64,000 nucleotides of DNA from a virus (Duplodnaviria > Caudoviricetes): IMG/VR virus record IMGVR_UViG_3300037067_007633, positions 64,001-128,000 of that record. One strand, written 5' to 3'. A program made the translations under genes and the position numbers. Below are positions 29,499-39,648 of the stretch, one piece after another (the stretch's first letter is position 1; every line of letters starts with the position of its first letter). A model generated the notes under the pieces. It was not told the DNA's origin. It saw only the letters and a program-made list of their open reading frames with translations, and did not search any database.

Positions 29499-30440
29499 TT
29501 ACTCGTATTGATGTCTTATATTTAAAATTTTACTTGCCTTTAACAATTCTTCAATTCCTTCTTCAATACTATATTGACACTTAAAACCTTCACTATTCAA
29601 CCTTTGATGCGAAACAGAATAATCACGACAATCCAAATCTTTAGAAAATTCTGCATAATTTACAACACAATCTGTTTTCTTAGCAATATATTCTGCAACT
29701 TGTCTCTTCGACCAATTTAAATTATCATCACCACAATTATATAAATTATATCTTAAAGTATCTATATGTTCTAATCCCCAAATAATACTTCTACAAAAAT
29801 CTTTAATATGGATAAATGTTCGTTTAGCATCTGGTTCAAAAATTACTAAACAGCGTTCACTTACAGCACGATATACTAAATCGTTAATAAGGAGATTAAC
29901 CCGCATAGATGGACTGACACCAAAACAAGTTGCAAAACGGTAGGATAAAACATTTGGTTGGTTGGTTAAAGTTACTATGTGTTCTGCTTCTAGCTTGTGT
30001 CTTCCATATAATGATTGTGGATTTGTTTGACTTTCTTCCGTACAAATTTCTTCTAATTTTCCATAAACACTTCCCGTAGAAGCAAAAAATAATGGAATGC
30101 TATAACTAATTAAATTACGAGCTTCTAAAATATTTTTGGTCCCATTAACTGTTACATCATAAGAAAGCGACGGTTGTTTTTTACAGGCTGGAAAACCCAC
30201 TATACCAGCTAAATTAACTACACAATCACAATCTTTAATATTATCACGACAAACTTGTAAATCACAAACACTACCATTCACAAACTCAAAATTAACATTA
30301 TTAATAATGCTTAGTAATGCATCACATTGACCTTTATGGAAATTATCAACACACTTAACAGCATATCCACGATCTAAATATTGGCGGCATAAAACATTTC
30401 CGATATAGCCACCACCACCAAAAATTACTACCTTTCGCAT
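29499..30440 (-). CDS. NAD-dependent epimerase/dehydratase
   Basis: GGGGYIG, LAGIVGFPAC, STGSVYG, YGRHK, RFATCFGVSPSMR. Confidence 0.9.
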   Translation of the reverse strand: MRKVVIFGGGGYIGNVLCRQYLDRGYAVKCVDNFHKGQCDALLSIINNVNFEFVNGSVCDLQVCRDNIKDCDCVVNLAGIVGFPACKKQPSLSYDVTVNGTKNILEARNLISYSIPLFFASTGSVYGKLEEICTEESQTNPQSLYGRHKLEAEHIVTLTNQPNVLSYRFATCFGVSPSMRVNLLINDLVYRAVSERCLVIFEPDAKRTFIHIKDFCRSIIWGLEHIDTLRYNLYNCGDDNLNWSKRQVAEYIAKKTDCVVNYAEFSKDLDCRDYSVSHQRLNSEGFKCQYSIEEGIEELLKASKILNIRHQYE

Positions 30441-30454
30441 ATTATTTTCCCCTA

Positions 30455-31102
30455 TTAACCTATTGATTTAACTCTAAATAATGTTTGTATGTGAGGAGGT
30501 TGACCAACTTTATACAATTGCTTCGCAACCACATTATATTTCTCCATCATTTCTTTATGTGCTTTACTTTCACCAGCTTCAAATTCTTTATGTTCGGTCA
30601 TCGTACCCCCCCAATCGTCGTACCCAATTAGGGTGCCAGGTATTACAAGTTTATTTCTAAACATAAAGTCTAGCGACAATATAGCGGAGCTATAAATATC
30701 TCCATCAATATCTATATAGGACGCTGGTTTCATGTTATATCGACTGACAAGTTCGTCAACTAATACTGCGTCCCAAAATCCAGGAATTAAACAAATATTT
30801 GAATGTAATGGTGATAATCTTTCTTCAACATATCTTATAGCTTTTTCTTTAGTACAATTTAAAGTTTTAGCAGCACTACAAAAACCAACCTTCCATTCAT
30901 CCCTATTAAGTTTATCAAGCTTTTCTTCTGGAATACCTTCAAATGAGTCAAAACCGAATATTTTACGAATTGGAATTGCCACAGAATCTAAATCTTTAAT
31001 TAGAAATTCTATAGATCCACCGGTAAAAACTCCAAACTCGTAAATATCACCGTTTGGCTCTATGTAGTGTTTGACGATACTTCTCCAACTCATGCTTCGC
31101 AA
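30455..31102 (-). CDS. TylF/MycF-family O-methyltransferase
   Basis: EFGVFTGGS, GFDSFEGIP, IDGDIYSS, GYDDW. Confidence 0.85.
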   Translation of the reverse strand: MRSMSWRSIVKHYIEPNGDIYEFGVFTGGSIEFLIKDLDSVAIPIRKIFGFDSFEGIPEEKLDKLNRDEWKVGFCSAAKTLNCTKEKAIRYVEERLSPLHSNICLIPGFWDAVLVDELVSRYNMKPASYIDIDGDIYSSAILSLDFMFRNKLVIPGTLIGYDDWGGTMTEHKEFEAGESKAHKEMMEKYNVVAKQLYKVGQPPHIQTLFRVKSIG

Positions 31103-31117
31103 TCCTTTTTATAAAAA

Positions 31118-32065
31118 TTATTGTAATTCTGTAAACATTTTAACGTATTGTTGTGGTGGCTCTATTGGATAAATAGTTAATAATATACTTCTTTTTATTA
31201 AAAGTTTATCATAATATTCTTTTACTTCTTTTTCTTCTTTTGTATCACGACATATTTTTTTATTTAATAATTCTATTGTTAATCTTTCGGTTGTATTTGG
31301 ACTTAATTTATAAATACCTACAAGGTAAGATACTTGATTCATATCATTTGGTTTTTCCCTATTTGGTATTTTAACCACTTTATTAATAGAAGGATAAGAT
31401 AATACTAATATTTCATGATCTATTAACTCTTGGTTAATATTTATTTTAAAAAATTCTACATTTCTTGGTTTATAATTATGTGTGCATATTTTAACAGTAT
31501 AGTTAATTCCAACCCTAGAATTATATTTATCACTAAAATCATCAACTCCCCATTCATTTACTTTTCCAGGAAGAATTCTAGAAGTTGCGGTGGGAGCCCA
31601 ATCATCTAAGTGTAATGACGGCAAATTATTTCCACAGTGTTTCTTGTTGTATTTTTCTGGATCAATTTTAAACATTTCCTTATTAATTTTTTCACCAATT
31701 ATTGGTAATTCCCAATCTTTATCTGGTCTTTTTATTGGTTTAATATTAATATATTCTTTTTTACTTTGGCGAATTATTTCTAAACGTATAATCTCACTTC
31801 GTTGAATTTCATCAATAATATTTAATACTGTTTTAACAGGCTTATCATTTACGGTTAAAATTATATCACCTATTAATAATCCGCTTTGTTGTGCCGGTTG
31901 TCCTTTTACCAAATCGCAAACAATTAATTCCGCATTCTTTTCTTTAGTATAAATACGCAAGTCATCACTAACTGGCAAAAATCCTGCACCGATCCATTTA
32001 TCTCCAGCTAATGTTAATGCAGAAAGTAAAATAAAACTAATTGTTAATATAATTTTCTTAAACAT
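31118..32065 (-). CDS. secreted PDZ-domain protein
   Basis: Signal peptide MFKKIILTISFILLSALTLA; PAQQSGLLIGDIILTVND PDZ signature. Confidence 0.7.
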   Translation of the reverse strand: MFKKIILTISFILLSALTLAGDKWIGAGFLPVSDDLRIYTKEKNAELIVCDLVKGQPAQQSGLLIGDIILTVNDKPVKTVLNIIDEIQRSEIIRLEIIRQSKKEYINIKPIKRPDKDWELPIIGEKINKEMFKIDPEKYNKKHCGNNLPSLHLDDWAPTATSRILPGKVNEWGVDDFSDKYNSRVGINYTVKICTHNYKPRNVEFFKININQELIDHEILVLSYPSINKVVKIPNREKPNDMNQVSYLVGIYKLSPNTTERLTIELLNKKICRDTKEEKEVKEYYDKLLIKRSILLTIYPIEPPQQYVKMFTELQ

Positions 32066-32079
32066 TTAAAATATCCTAT

Positions 32080-32838
32080 TTATATTTTTACAACAGCATG
32101 ACATTTTCGACAAATAATATCCGAATTTTCCTCATTCATCAATTTAACAATCCATTGATAGTTAATATTAGAATGTATATCTTCCCATCTTTCTTCTAAT
32201 AAATTTCCCAGTTTATTTTCTAGTGAATAGTCCATACAACAAAGATAAACATCACCATTCGGTAAAACAATATTATTGTCTAGTTTTTGAAGATTGGAAA
32301 CTGAACATCCTATTTTTCCCTTAACATAGTTACTATTAATATCATTTAAATTTCCAGCCCTACTATGAGGATTATGTATCGTTGTTCCAACGACGTTTGT
32401 AGGACCAAGAGCCATCAACTTGTGTGGAATTCGATATTGTTTGAACAAACTGTATTTTTCTTTCCACTTACTGTAATTGTAAACAAAATATTTATCGTCT
32501 GGGGCATGTATTACACAATCAACCAATTGTCTTTTAGATAATTTTTTATAATCATCTTCGTTACTTCCAATTAATGTTGTATATAAACAAGTTGGATAGC
32601 CAGAGTCAATACTATATAATATAAGGTCGATAGCATGTTGGTTGAGAAAAATTTCACAAAATCCGGAAAACAAAATCATTACATTTTTGGGTACATGATT
32701 AAGAATTATTTTAAAGTCTTCTAATGATAAAGTTTTTTTACTATCACTATAGGTAGAGATTAATTTTAATTGAGGGCAACATTTGCACCAATTTGAACAT
32801 CCAATTTTTCCGGTAATTTCTAGTGCTGGTTGGGACAT
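32080..32838 (-). CDS. radical SAM/SPASM domain protein
   Basis: CSNWCKCC (CxxxCxxC), FSGFCE, VLPNGDVYLCCMD...CRKC. Confidence 0.85.
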   Translation of the reverse strand: MSQPALEITGKIGCSNWCKCCPQLKLISTYSDSKKTLSLEDFKIILNHVPKNVMILFSGFCEIFLNQHAIDLILYSIDSGYPTCLYTTLIGSNEDDYKKLSKRQLVDCVIHAPDDKYFVYNYSKWKEKYSLFKQYRIPHKLMALGPTNVVGTTIHNPHSRAGNLNDINSNYVKGKIGCSVSNLQKLDNNIVLPNGDVYLCCMDYSLENKLGNLLEERWEDIHSNINYQWIVKLMNEENSDIICRKCHAVVKI

Positions 32839-33749
32839 GATAAACTTTCTAAAGTTTTTACAATGTATTCCATTCTAGCTTTCTCAGTATGCCATTGCAA
32901 GCAATAATTGAAATTATCTTCCGCTTTTTCTTTACAAAATTGTGGTTCATATAAATATTGTCTAAGTCTTTCTTCTAATTCTAACTCATTACCAACTGTA
33001 TACTGAATTACATTTGAGAGCGGTTTTAAATAGGGAACAAATAGTTTGTCAACGAAAACCAGACAGCCATTAGCAATAGCTTCCCACAATCTTGAATCAC
33101 CTTCCCATTGTGTTGGATTGCATGTAACAACAATTTTGGTCTTTTTAAGAAAACTTAAATATTTGGAATCAAAATAAGTATTTTCTTTTTTGCTTCTTGT
33201 TTCATTACTGACCGGTCCAATATGACAATGATAACCTTCCTTATTTAGTTTTTGGAAAATATTATAACAGGCGTTTATTACCCACTTTCGATTTGCACAA
33301 GTATCTCTTAGATAACATCCAACATCAATAATTCTTTTTTGATTAGATTGATATTGAAATTCTTTCATTATTGAATACCAAAAGGGAAACATATTTTTTG
33401 GTCTATCAATAGGGTATTTTTCTTTAACAATAAAAGACATATTTTTAGGAAAAACCCAACTTCGTTTAAAATAAGCGAAGTATTTATCATATAAAATATA
33501 GTCGGGTTCATCAGTCCAATCAATAATGACCAGCTTCGCTGGATCATAGCGAGAAATTATTTCCGAACTTTTTATCCCGTTAAAATGGGGTACATAAGAA
33601 TGAATTATGAAATCGGCTTCGTCTGGATTGTCAACAATTTTAACTTCATTTATTAATCTAAGCCCCCTGTTAACAATCTCTGTACCACGAGGACAACACC
33701 AAAAATAATTAAATCCTTTATCTGGATACGGGACTATAAATATATTCAT
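32820..33749 (-). CDS. putative GT-B glycosyltransferase
   Basis: YFKRS, DSRLWEAIANGCLVF. Confidence 0.7.
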   Translation of the reverse strand: MNIFIVPYPDKGFNYFWCCPRGTEIVNRGLRLINEVKIVDNPDEADFIIHSYVPHFNGIKSSEIISRYDPAKLVIIDWTDEPDYILYDKYFAYFKRSWVFPKNMSFIVKEKYPIDRPKNMFPFWYSIMKEFQYQSNQKRIIDVGCYLRDTCANRKWVINACYNIFQKLNKEGYHCHIGPVSNETRSKKENTYFDSKYLSFLKKTKIVVTCNPTQWEGDSRLWEAIANGCLVFVDKLFVPYLKPLSNVIQYTVGNELELEERLRQYLYEPQFCKEKAEDNFNYCLQWHTEKARMEYIVKTLESLSCPNQH

Positions 33750-33994
33750 TTTTTTGATTCTTCTTCTAATTGTTCTAATGCTTTACCTATAGCTTCTTCG
33801 CGTTCTTCTTCTGTGGTTGGGGTAAATGCCATACTAACAACTTTATTTAATGCCTTTTTTGTTTTTTCCCCAAGCGTTTGAAACCAACAAGAAGCACACG
33901 TTCCACGTTTAGCTTCAGAAACAGAAAGTAGTAATTTTCCACATTCACAAATATTCCACACTTCTATTGTTTCTTTTTTTCTTTCTATACTCAT
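33746..33994 (-). CDS. zinc-finger hypothetical protein
   Basis: CECG...CASC. Confidence 0.55.
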   Translation of the reverse strand: MSIERKKETIEVWNICECGKLLLSVSEAKRGTCASCWFQTLGEKTKKALNKVVSMAFTPTTEEEREEAIGKALEQLEEESKK

Positions 33995-34638
33995 TATTTT
34001 CTCCTAAAACATAACATGTGTGATATATCTTTACAGTCTTCTCGTATACAAATTTTCCCAAAAGGATTAATAAATTCTTCAAATCCATATTGTTTAAATT
34101 TATTTATCCACCAATGTTTATTTTGAATAGTTCTGTGTCCGTGCATTGGTAAAAAAGAAATTTGGTGAATTGCTAATCCGTTATTGGATAAATTTCTAGA
34201 CATATAATAAATTGTTCTATTTACTTCTTCTTCTTTTAAGTGTTCAAACATTTCTGATGATAATATTACGTCAAAGTATACACGTTCCATTCTATAATAA
34301 AATTCATACGCTTGAGAAATATCCATTACAAAAAAATTATTTGGATACCAATTCCATCCAACTTGTTTAATACTGGTTGTATATTCTCTTGTTATATCTA
34401 CTCCGATACCTATATGTCTATCTTTTATAATATCACAAATTAATCCACCATTTCCACATCCTAAATCTAATATTGTAAGTCTTTTATCAACAGGAAACAA
34501 AGAGTATAAAATTTCTAAAAATGGTTTATTCTTTATTATAGTTATAATATTGTTTGGTGGAGGTGGAAAAAATTTATATTGTGGAGTATTATACAAACTA
34601 TTAGAAATAAGAGTTTTAAGTAAAACTATATCATTCAT
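33994..34638 (-). CDS. class I SAM-dependent methyltransferase
   Basis: ILDLGCGNG, FDVILSSEMFEH, HRTIQNKHWW. Confidence 0.85.
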   Translation of the reverse strand: MNDIVLLKTLISNSLYNTPQYKFFPPPPNNIITIIKNKPFLEILYSLFPVDKRLTILDLGCGNGGLICDIIKDRHIGIGVDITREYTTSIKQVGWNWYPNNFFVMDISQAYEFYYRMERVYFDVILSSEMFEHLKEEEVNRTIYYMSRNLSNNGLAIHQISFLPMHGHRTIQNKHWWINKFKQYGFEEFINPFGKICIREDCKDISHMLCFRRK

Positions 34639-35606
34639 TATGAAACTATATTGTGTTTAACCAACAATCTATATAATTGTTTGTCAATAGTATTGTCTTT
34701 AGCCCACTGTTTTTGTGATTTTAAAATTGTTAAATATAATTTCTTTTCTTCTTTTAATATCTTAGCCAACTTTAATATTTTCTCAAAATCTCCATATTCA
34801 TAATTCGGAATTATATGTAGTGGAAAAAGTTCTTTAACATTTGGGTGATTATCATATATTAATAGGGAGTTTAAGATGGGACCAATCCAATCCCTAAAGC
34901 CTTTCATAGTCCCCTCTTTTGTTAATTCCGGTCTATTGTGAGAAGTAGTACCAAGAGTAAACCAACTAGATATATACTTTCTATATATTTTTTCTAGATT
35001 TCCATCATTATGTCCTGTTCCACCACCTTGACTAAAAGTATATCCATTATCTTTGATATATTTTATCATGTTGTTTCTATAAGACCCAACATTACTTATA
35101 GAACAGGGATGATAAACTCCAATAAAATCATTGTCTTTAATTGAGAAATCAAGTGGACCAGCTAAGACCATTAATTCATCTATTAATTTGTCTGAAATTG
35201 TCCACATCCACAAATCATTTTTTATTCCCTTTTCATCAAACCAAAACCTACAATTAGAATTTAATTCAAGTGTTAATTCTATTTCTTCTTTTTGATCTGG
35301 TAATTGTAAAGGAAGGTTGTTTTTAATATAATACATTGTGTCGCAACACAACGTAATAAATTTAGCGTTTGGAAACCATTTGCGTAAATCTTTAGCGGTT
35401 AATCCAGCATGTTGAGGATAACCAATTTCAAATATAAATAATACATCATTACTTTCATCCCTATTAATTTTTCTTAATTTCATATCGGAAAAAGAAATAG
35501 TATGAACTGCACAATCTTTAATATATTTAGATAGTCCTTCTATTCCATAGTTTACACTTACTACTTCAAAAGGAACATCAAAATCCGTAACAGTGTAAAT
35601 TTTCAA
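34638..35606 (-). CDS. hypothetical protein, possibly GT-B glycosyltransferase
   Basis: 322 aa in sugar cluster; weak resemblance of MKGFRDW...NT segment to CgeB-type C-terminal domains. Confidence 0.4.
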   Translation of the reverse strand: MKIYTVTDFDVPFEVVSVNYGIEGLSKYIKDCAVHTISFSDMKLRKINRDESNDVLFIFEIGYPQHAGLTAKDLRKWFPNAKFITLCCDTMYYIKNNLPLQLPDQKEEIELTLELNSNCRFWFDEKGIKNDLWMWTISDKLIDELMVLAGPLDFSIKDNDFIGVYHPCSISNVGSYRNNMIKYIKDNGYTFSQGGGTGHNDGNLEKIYRKYISSWFTLGTTSHNRPELTKEGTMKGFRDWIGPILNSLLIYDNHPNVKELFPLHIIPNYEYGDFEKILKLAKILKEEKKLYLTILKSQKQWAKDNTIDKQLYRLLVKHNIVS

Positions 35607-36176
35607 TTAAAATCCCTTTCCTAATATTTTCATGTATGAGGCACCATTAGATGATAAAGAAATATCATTGCCGAAACATTCTAATACGGCTTGTCTTACT
35701 CCACCAGAACTACTATAATCATGCCCAAATATATAGGAGTTTTCTTTCATTTTTGGTAAAAATGCCCTAATTTCATTTACTGTGTGGGGATAACAATGAT
35801 CACCGTCTAAAAATAAAATATCTATTGAACTGTTACCAAACTGTTCGGCAAACTTTGTTGATTCTCCAATTAATGGTTTAACTATACGATCTACTCCAGC
35901 TTTTTGTAAGTTTTTAATAAATTCGTCAAAATATTCAGAATAACAATTAGCTTGTTGTTTTGACTCTGGAGAAATATTTTCACATAACCAATTATCTATT
36001 CCATGAATTTTAACATCTATTCCCAACTCCTTTATTAATTGTCCTACTAAACTAATAGTACCACCAACCCAACAACCAACCTCAACATATGTCATACCAT
36101 TAGTCATACGACGAACAGTATTTTCTAAAAATTCTCTTCGAGTTTCAATATCAACCAATGTTGGAATTTCAATCAT
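35607..36176 (-). CDS. SAM-dependent methyltransferase (Methyltransf_24-like)
   Basis: VEVGCWVG, IDNW, LFLDGDH, GHDY. Confidence 0.85.
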   Translation of the reverse strand: MIEIPTLVDIETRREFLENTVRRMTNGMTYVEVGCWVGGTISLVGQLIKELGIDVKIHGIDNWLCENISPESKQQANCYSEYFDEFIKNLQKAGVDRIVKPLIGESTKFAEQFGNSSIDILFLDGDHCYPHTVNEIRAFLPKMKENSYIFGHDYSSSGGVRQAVLECFGNDISLSSNGASYMKILGKGF

Positions 36177-36191
36177 ATAATTATTTCCTTA

Positions 36192-37253
36192 TTAATTTTT
36201 TATCTTTATATTATATTTCTGCTTACAAATTTCTATATAGAGTTGTGATATTTTTTTATGATCTGGTTTATCTCTCAATTTTGAGTTTGTATACAAATTA
36301 TTTAACCGCAAGTCTAAATTTTCCGCCACCTTTTCAATATCTTCATATTTCCATTCACCCCTTAGAATACCTTTTAATTCTTCTGCATCTGGTCGTTTAA
36401 CAATTACTTTACCATCACGTAATATTTCTTCTGACATTCTTATTAAACGAACTAAGTGCATAGCATGTTTAACATCATATCCATATTTTCTTTCTAGTTC
36501 TTTTCTAAAAGGATTTCGTTCTTTATCCCATTTTTGATAGGATGACCATATTTGTAATGCAGAAGCGTATTGTTTTTCTTGTAATACTTGTTCTTTAATA
36601 TTATCAGAAACAAATTCTATAGGCAAACTATGTATAATATTTTGATGTTCTTTTGATATTTTACTATTTTCAGATAAACCAAAATCTTTACGACTCGGTT
36701 TACACTTTGGTGGATTTAATAGATATCCACGATGAATACGAATTCTTTTTAATTGTTGAATTGCATATCCTGAAAATGTCCATCGTGCTTTTTTAGATAA
36801 AAACAAATGCCTATTTTCTTTAATTTTTTCCCATTCTGGTTTACAAATATCAATTAAATCATCAATATATAAGAATTCTATAATGTTTGGATTACAGTCT
36901 GCGGCTAATTTTAAAAATTTCCTTAATTCATGTAATTCTTCGTCACCTTCAGTAGAATGTACCGTTTCAACCGACAAAGATAAATCTCCGCGATCTGATT
37001 GTAATGCTGACTCAATACAATTTTTACACCCTGTTAAATCAGCATTATTAATACAATCTAGTGCAGAATGTAAATTTTGTTTTATTGTTCCGTGTCCGAT
37101 GAAACTTGTTTTAAATAAATCAAACGCATAATTTAAAGGGGCAATAAACACACCTCTTATATCAATATCGCTATTTGGTCTATTGGTTCCGTATTGATGA
37201 GAACCGGAAGTAAATTTAAAAATACAATTATCAAGTGCTTCTTTGTAATTCAT
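36192..37253 (-). CDS. Pol-beta superfamily nucleotidyltransferase (RlaP-like)
   Basis: GSHQYGTNRPNSDIDIRG, NPNIIE, GYAIQQ, YDVKHAMHLVRL. Confidence 0.85.
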   Translation of the reverse strand: MNYKEALDNCIFKFTSGSHQYGTNRPNSDIDIRGVFIAPLNYAFDLFKTSFIGHGTIKQNLHSALDCINNADLTGCKNCIESALQSDRGDLSLSVETVHSTEGDEELHELRKFLKLAADCNPNIIEFLYIDDLIDICKPEWEKIKENRHLFLSKKARWTFSGYAIQQLKRIRIHRGYLLNPPKCKPSRKDFGLSENSKISKEHQNIIHSLPIEFVSDNIKEQVLQEKQYASALQIWSSYQKWDKERNPFRKELERKYGYDVKHAMHLVRLIRMSEEILRDGKVIVKRPDAEELKGILRGEWKYEDIEKVAENLDLRLNNLYTNSKLRDKPDHKKISQLYIEICKQKYNIKIKN

Positions 37254-37896
37254 TGAGTTTTTCCAAATCTTTATAATAAATACATTTTTTTAATCCTATA
37301 AATAGCTTCTTTATAGGGTCTTTTAGAAGTGGCTCTATTTTTGAAAATTCCACAATAGCTTTTACCACTCCTATATTATACATCATATTTTCTAAATAGA
37401 CAAGTATAACCAGTTGTTTATTTTGATTGTTTTTTAATAATGTGTCTTTGCCGCCACAAATATCTTTATTAGCGTTTTGAAACGTCCAACTATAGTCTTT
37501 ACAAAAATCTAAAGTTTTTTTATTACAAGATTTAACGTGGATATCAATATTATCATATTGTAAATCACATTTCCACTTTTTAGCTTTTCCTTTTCTAATT
37601 TCTAAATCTGGCTCTAGTAGGGGTAAACCATATTGAAATAAAGCTTGTGCTGCTATAAACTCGGCTTTTTTACCTAAAAATATATCGTTAAAAATTTTCT
37701 CCTTTTGGGCATTTCTGTGTTTTTCATAATATTCAGCGGATTGATTTTTCCCGCTCATTGCTTTCACAAATTCTTCACATTTACTATTTATTTTATCATT
37801 TTCTTCTTTACTAAAAGTTATAATAATATCATTTATGTATAATATATTCATTTTTTTCCATATATTCATGTAATTTACAGGATACATGTATTTCAT
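37231..37896 (-). CDS. putative PD-(D/E)XK-fold nuclease
   Basis: GKKAEF...CDL...IHVKS; true start likely downstream (e.g. ATG 37851). Confidence 0.45.
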   Translation of the reverse strand: MKYMYPVNYMNIWKKMNILYINDIIITFSKEENDKINSKCEEFVKAMSGKNQSAEYYEKHRNAQKEKIFNDIFLGKKAEFIAAQALFQYGLPLLEPDLEIRKGKAKKWKCDLQYDNIDIHVKSCNKKTLDFCKDYSWTFQNANKDICGGKDTLLKNNQNKQLVILVYLENMMYNIGVVKAIVEFSKIEPLLKDPIKKLFIGLKKCIYYKDLEKLNELQRST

Positions 37897-38662
37897 TTAT
37901 TTTTGCCCATGAATACATAGATTTTACTTCTGGACAAATATCATAAGAAAGTACCCATTGTGATTTTAATTGGCTCAATATTTGAGATAACTTTTTATGA
38001 TTATCTGGTGTTAAATTTATTTGATATATTTTTTTTTGATTAATGTGTGGAGGGTCTAAATAAACAACGTCGTTTTCTTTTACATTTTTTAAAACATCCT
38101 CGAAAGATAGATTGGTAATTATTACGTTTTTATTTCTTAATGTTTTTTTAATTTTTCTTAATTTACTAAATACTCTATGTGGATTCCAAATCATATTGAT
38201 TTTATACATAGAATTTTGTCTTTTTCCACCTTGTGGAGAAGTCATATATTCACCATAACCTTTATACGACCATCTATGTACGGCTATTTTTTGAAAACCA
38301 ATATCAACTATTTCTTTGGTTGATGTTGGCATTCTTTTTAAATCTAATATGTTGTTTCTATATTTATAAAATAATTGAGGTGATGGTTTAACTACGTATA
38401 ACATTTTTTGTAAATCTGATAAATGTTCAATAATAGCCTTCCACATACAAGTGACTGCTATATTTTTATCATTTATCCAGATATTATTTACTTTTATGCC
38501 ATTGTTTTTATATCTTTTATCTAAATACTTTAATCCAACAGCTAAACTTCCAGCAAACGGTTCCACATATGTTGTGTTATCGTAAACGGGAAACTTATTT
38601 ACATATGGCATTATTGTTTTGTAAAGATAAAATTTACTGCCTGGATATCTTATAAGTGTCAT
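37829..38662 (-). CDS. Dam-like (D12 class) DNA adenine methyltransferase
   Basis: RYPGSK, VEPFAGS, IND, YLDPPH, VLSYD. Confidence 0.85.
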   Translation of the reverse strand: MTLIRYPGSKFYLYKTIMPYVNKFPVYDNTTYVEPFAGSLAVGLKYLDKRYKNNGIKVNNIWINDKNIAVTCMWKAIIEHLSDLQKMLYVVKPSPQLFYKYRNNILDLKRMPTSTKEIVDIGFQKIAVHRWSYKGYGEYMTSPQGGKRQNSMYKINMIWNPHRVFSKLRKIKKTLRNKNVIITNLSFEDVLKNVKENDVVYLDPPHINQKKIYQINLTPDNHKKLSQILSQLKSQWVLSYDICPEVKSMYSWAKINEIHVSCKLHEYMEKNEYIIHK

Positions 38663-39648
38663 TTTTCAATATAATCCATTAACTCCGAAACTCTATTTTT
38701 ATAAGTATGCTTTCTCATAACTACCGAATATGCTTTATTTATATATTCTTCGCGTTTTTCTGGATTTTTTAAGAAATAGTCAATTAAACCAAAGAAATCT
38801 TGCGGGTCTTTTACCATTAACAATTCATTGTTTGTAAAAATATCTTTTTCTAGGCTTTCAACATAATCAGAAATACAAAAACCCTTACAAGCTATAATAT
38901 TAAATATACGTGGGACAACATCAAATCCATACTTATTAGAATGTGGTTCGTGAATATTTGGGCATATAGTGGAAGAACATATTAGATTTCTTATATTTTC
39001 ATCTGAAGCAAAACCTAAATATTGAGGAACTGACCAATGTTGATTTCCAAAAATTTTAATCTTATATTTTCCAATTGGATAACAAAGCGGAACAATATAC
39101 TTGTCTAAATTTTGTGCTTTATATTCCCAATAACCACCAATAAAAACAATATCACTTAATAATTCTTTATTAATAGGAACTTGATAATATACATTAGTGT
39201 CTACGGCAGGCAAAAAACCCCAAATTTTATATCCCAATTCTTTCCAGCCACCAATAACATAATCTTTACGATTTTCATGACAATAATTAAATAAAACTAT
39301 TCTATCTTTATTTTCTATTTGATCTACCAAGTTTTTTTCTTGGTCTGTTGCTATTAAAATTGGATATTTTTCTTTATCATATTCTGATAAAAATTCTTTA
39401 CTATCTATACCAACTTTTAAAACAACCTTAATATCTTTATTATTATTTAAACATTTAATAATAGATCTGTCAAGGTTATACCCTTGCCCGATAAATACGT
39501 CTGGTTTTACTTGATTAAAAACATCAAAAGCACAGTTTTGATCTTTATCCCAAAAACCAAACTGATTTTCCCTTTCTACTATAGCACTACCTAAACCCTG
39601 ATAGATATAATGAGACGCCATTTTTTCATGTTGGCATATAAATTTCAT
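38659..39648 (-). CDS. glycosyltransferase, CgeB-like
   Basis: DIVFIGG, PNIHEP, RIFNIIACKGFCISD, HTYKNRV. Confidence 0.8.
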   Translation of the reverse strand: MKFICQHEKMASHYIYQGLGSAIVERENQFGFWDKDQNCAFDVFNQVKPDVFIGQGYNLDRSIIKCLNNNKDIKVVLKVGIDSKEFLSEYDKEKYPILIATDQEKNLVDQIENKDRIVLFNYCHENRKDYVIGGWKELGYKIWGFLPAVDTNVYYQVPINKELLSDIVFIGGYWEYKAQNLDKYIVPLCYPIGKYKIKIFGNQHWSVPQYLGFASDENIRNLICSSTICPNIHEPHSNKYGFDVVPRIFNIIACKGFCISDYVESLEKDIFTNNELLMVKDPQDFFGLIDYFLKNPEKREEYINKAYSVVMRKHTYKNRVSELMDYIEK

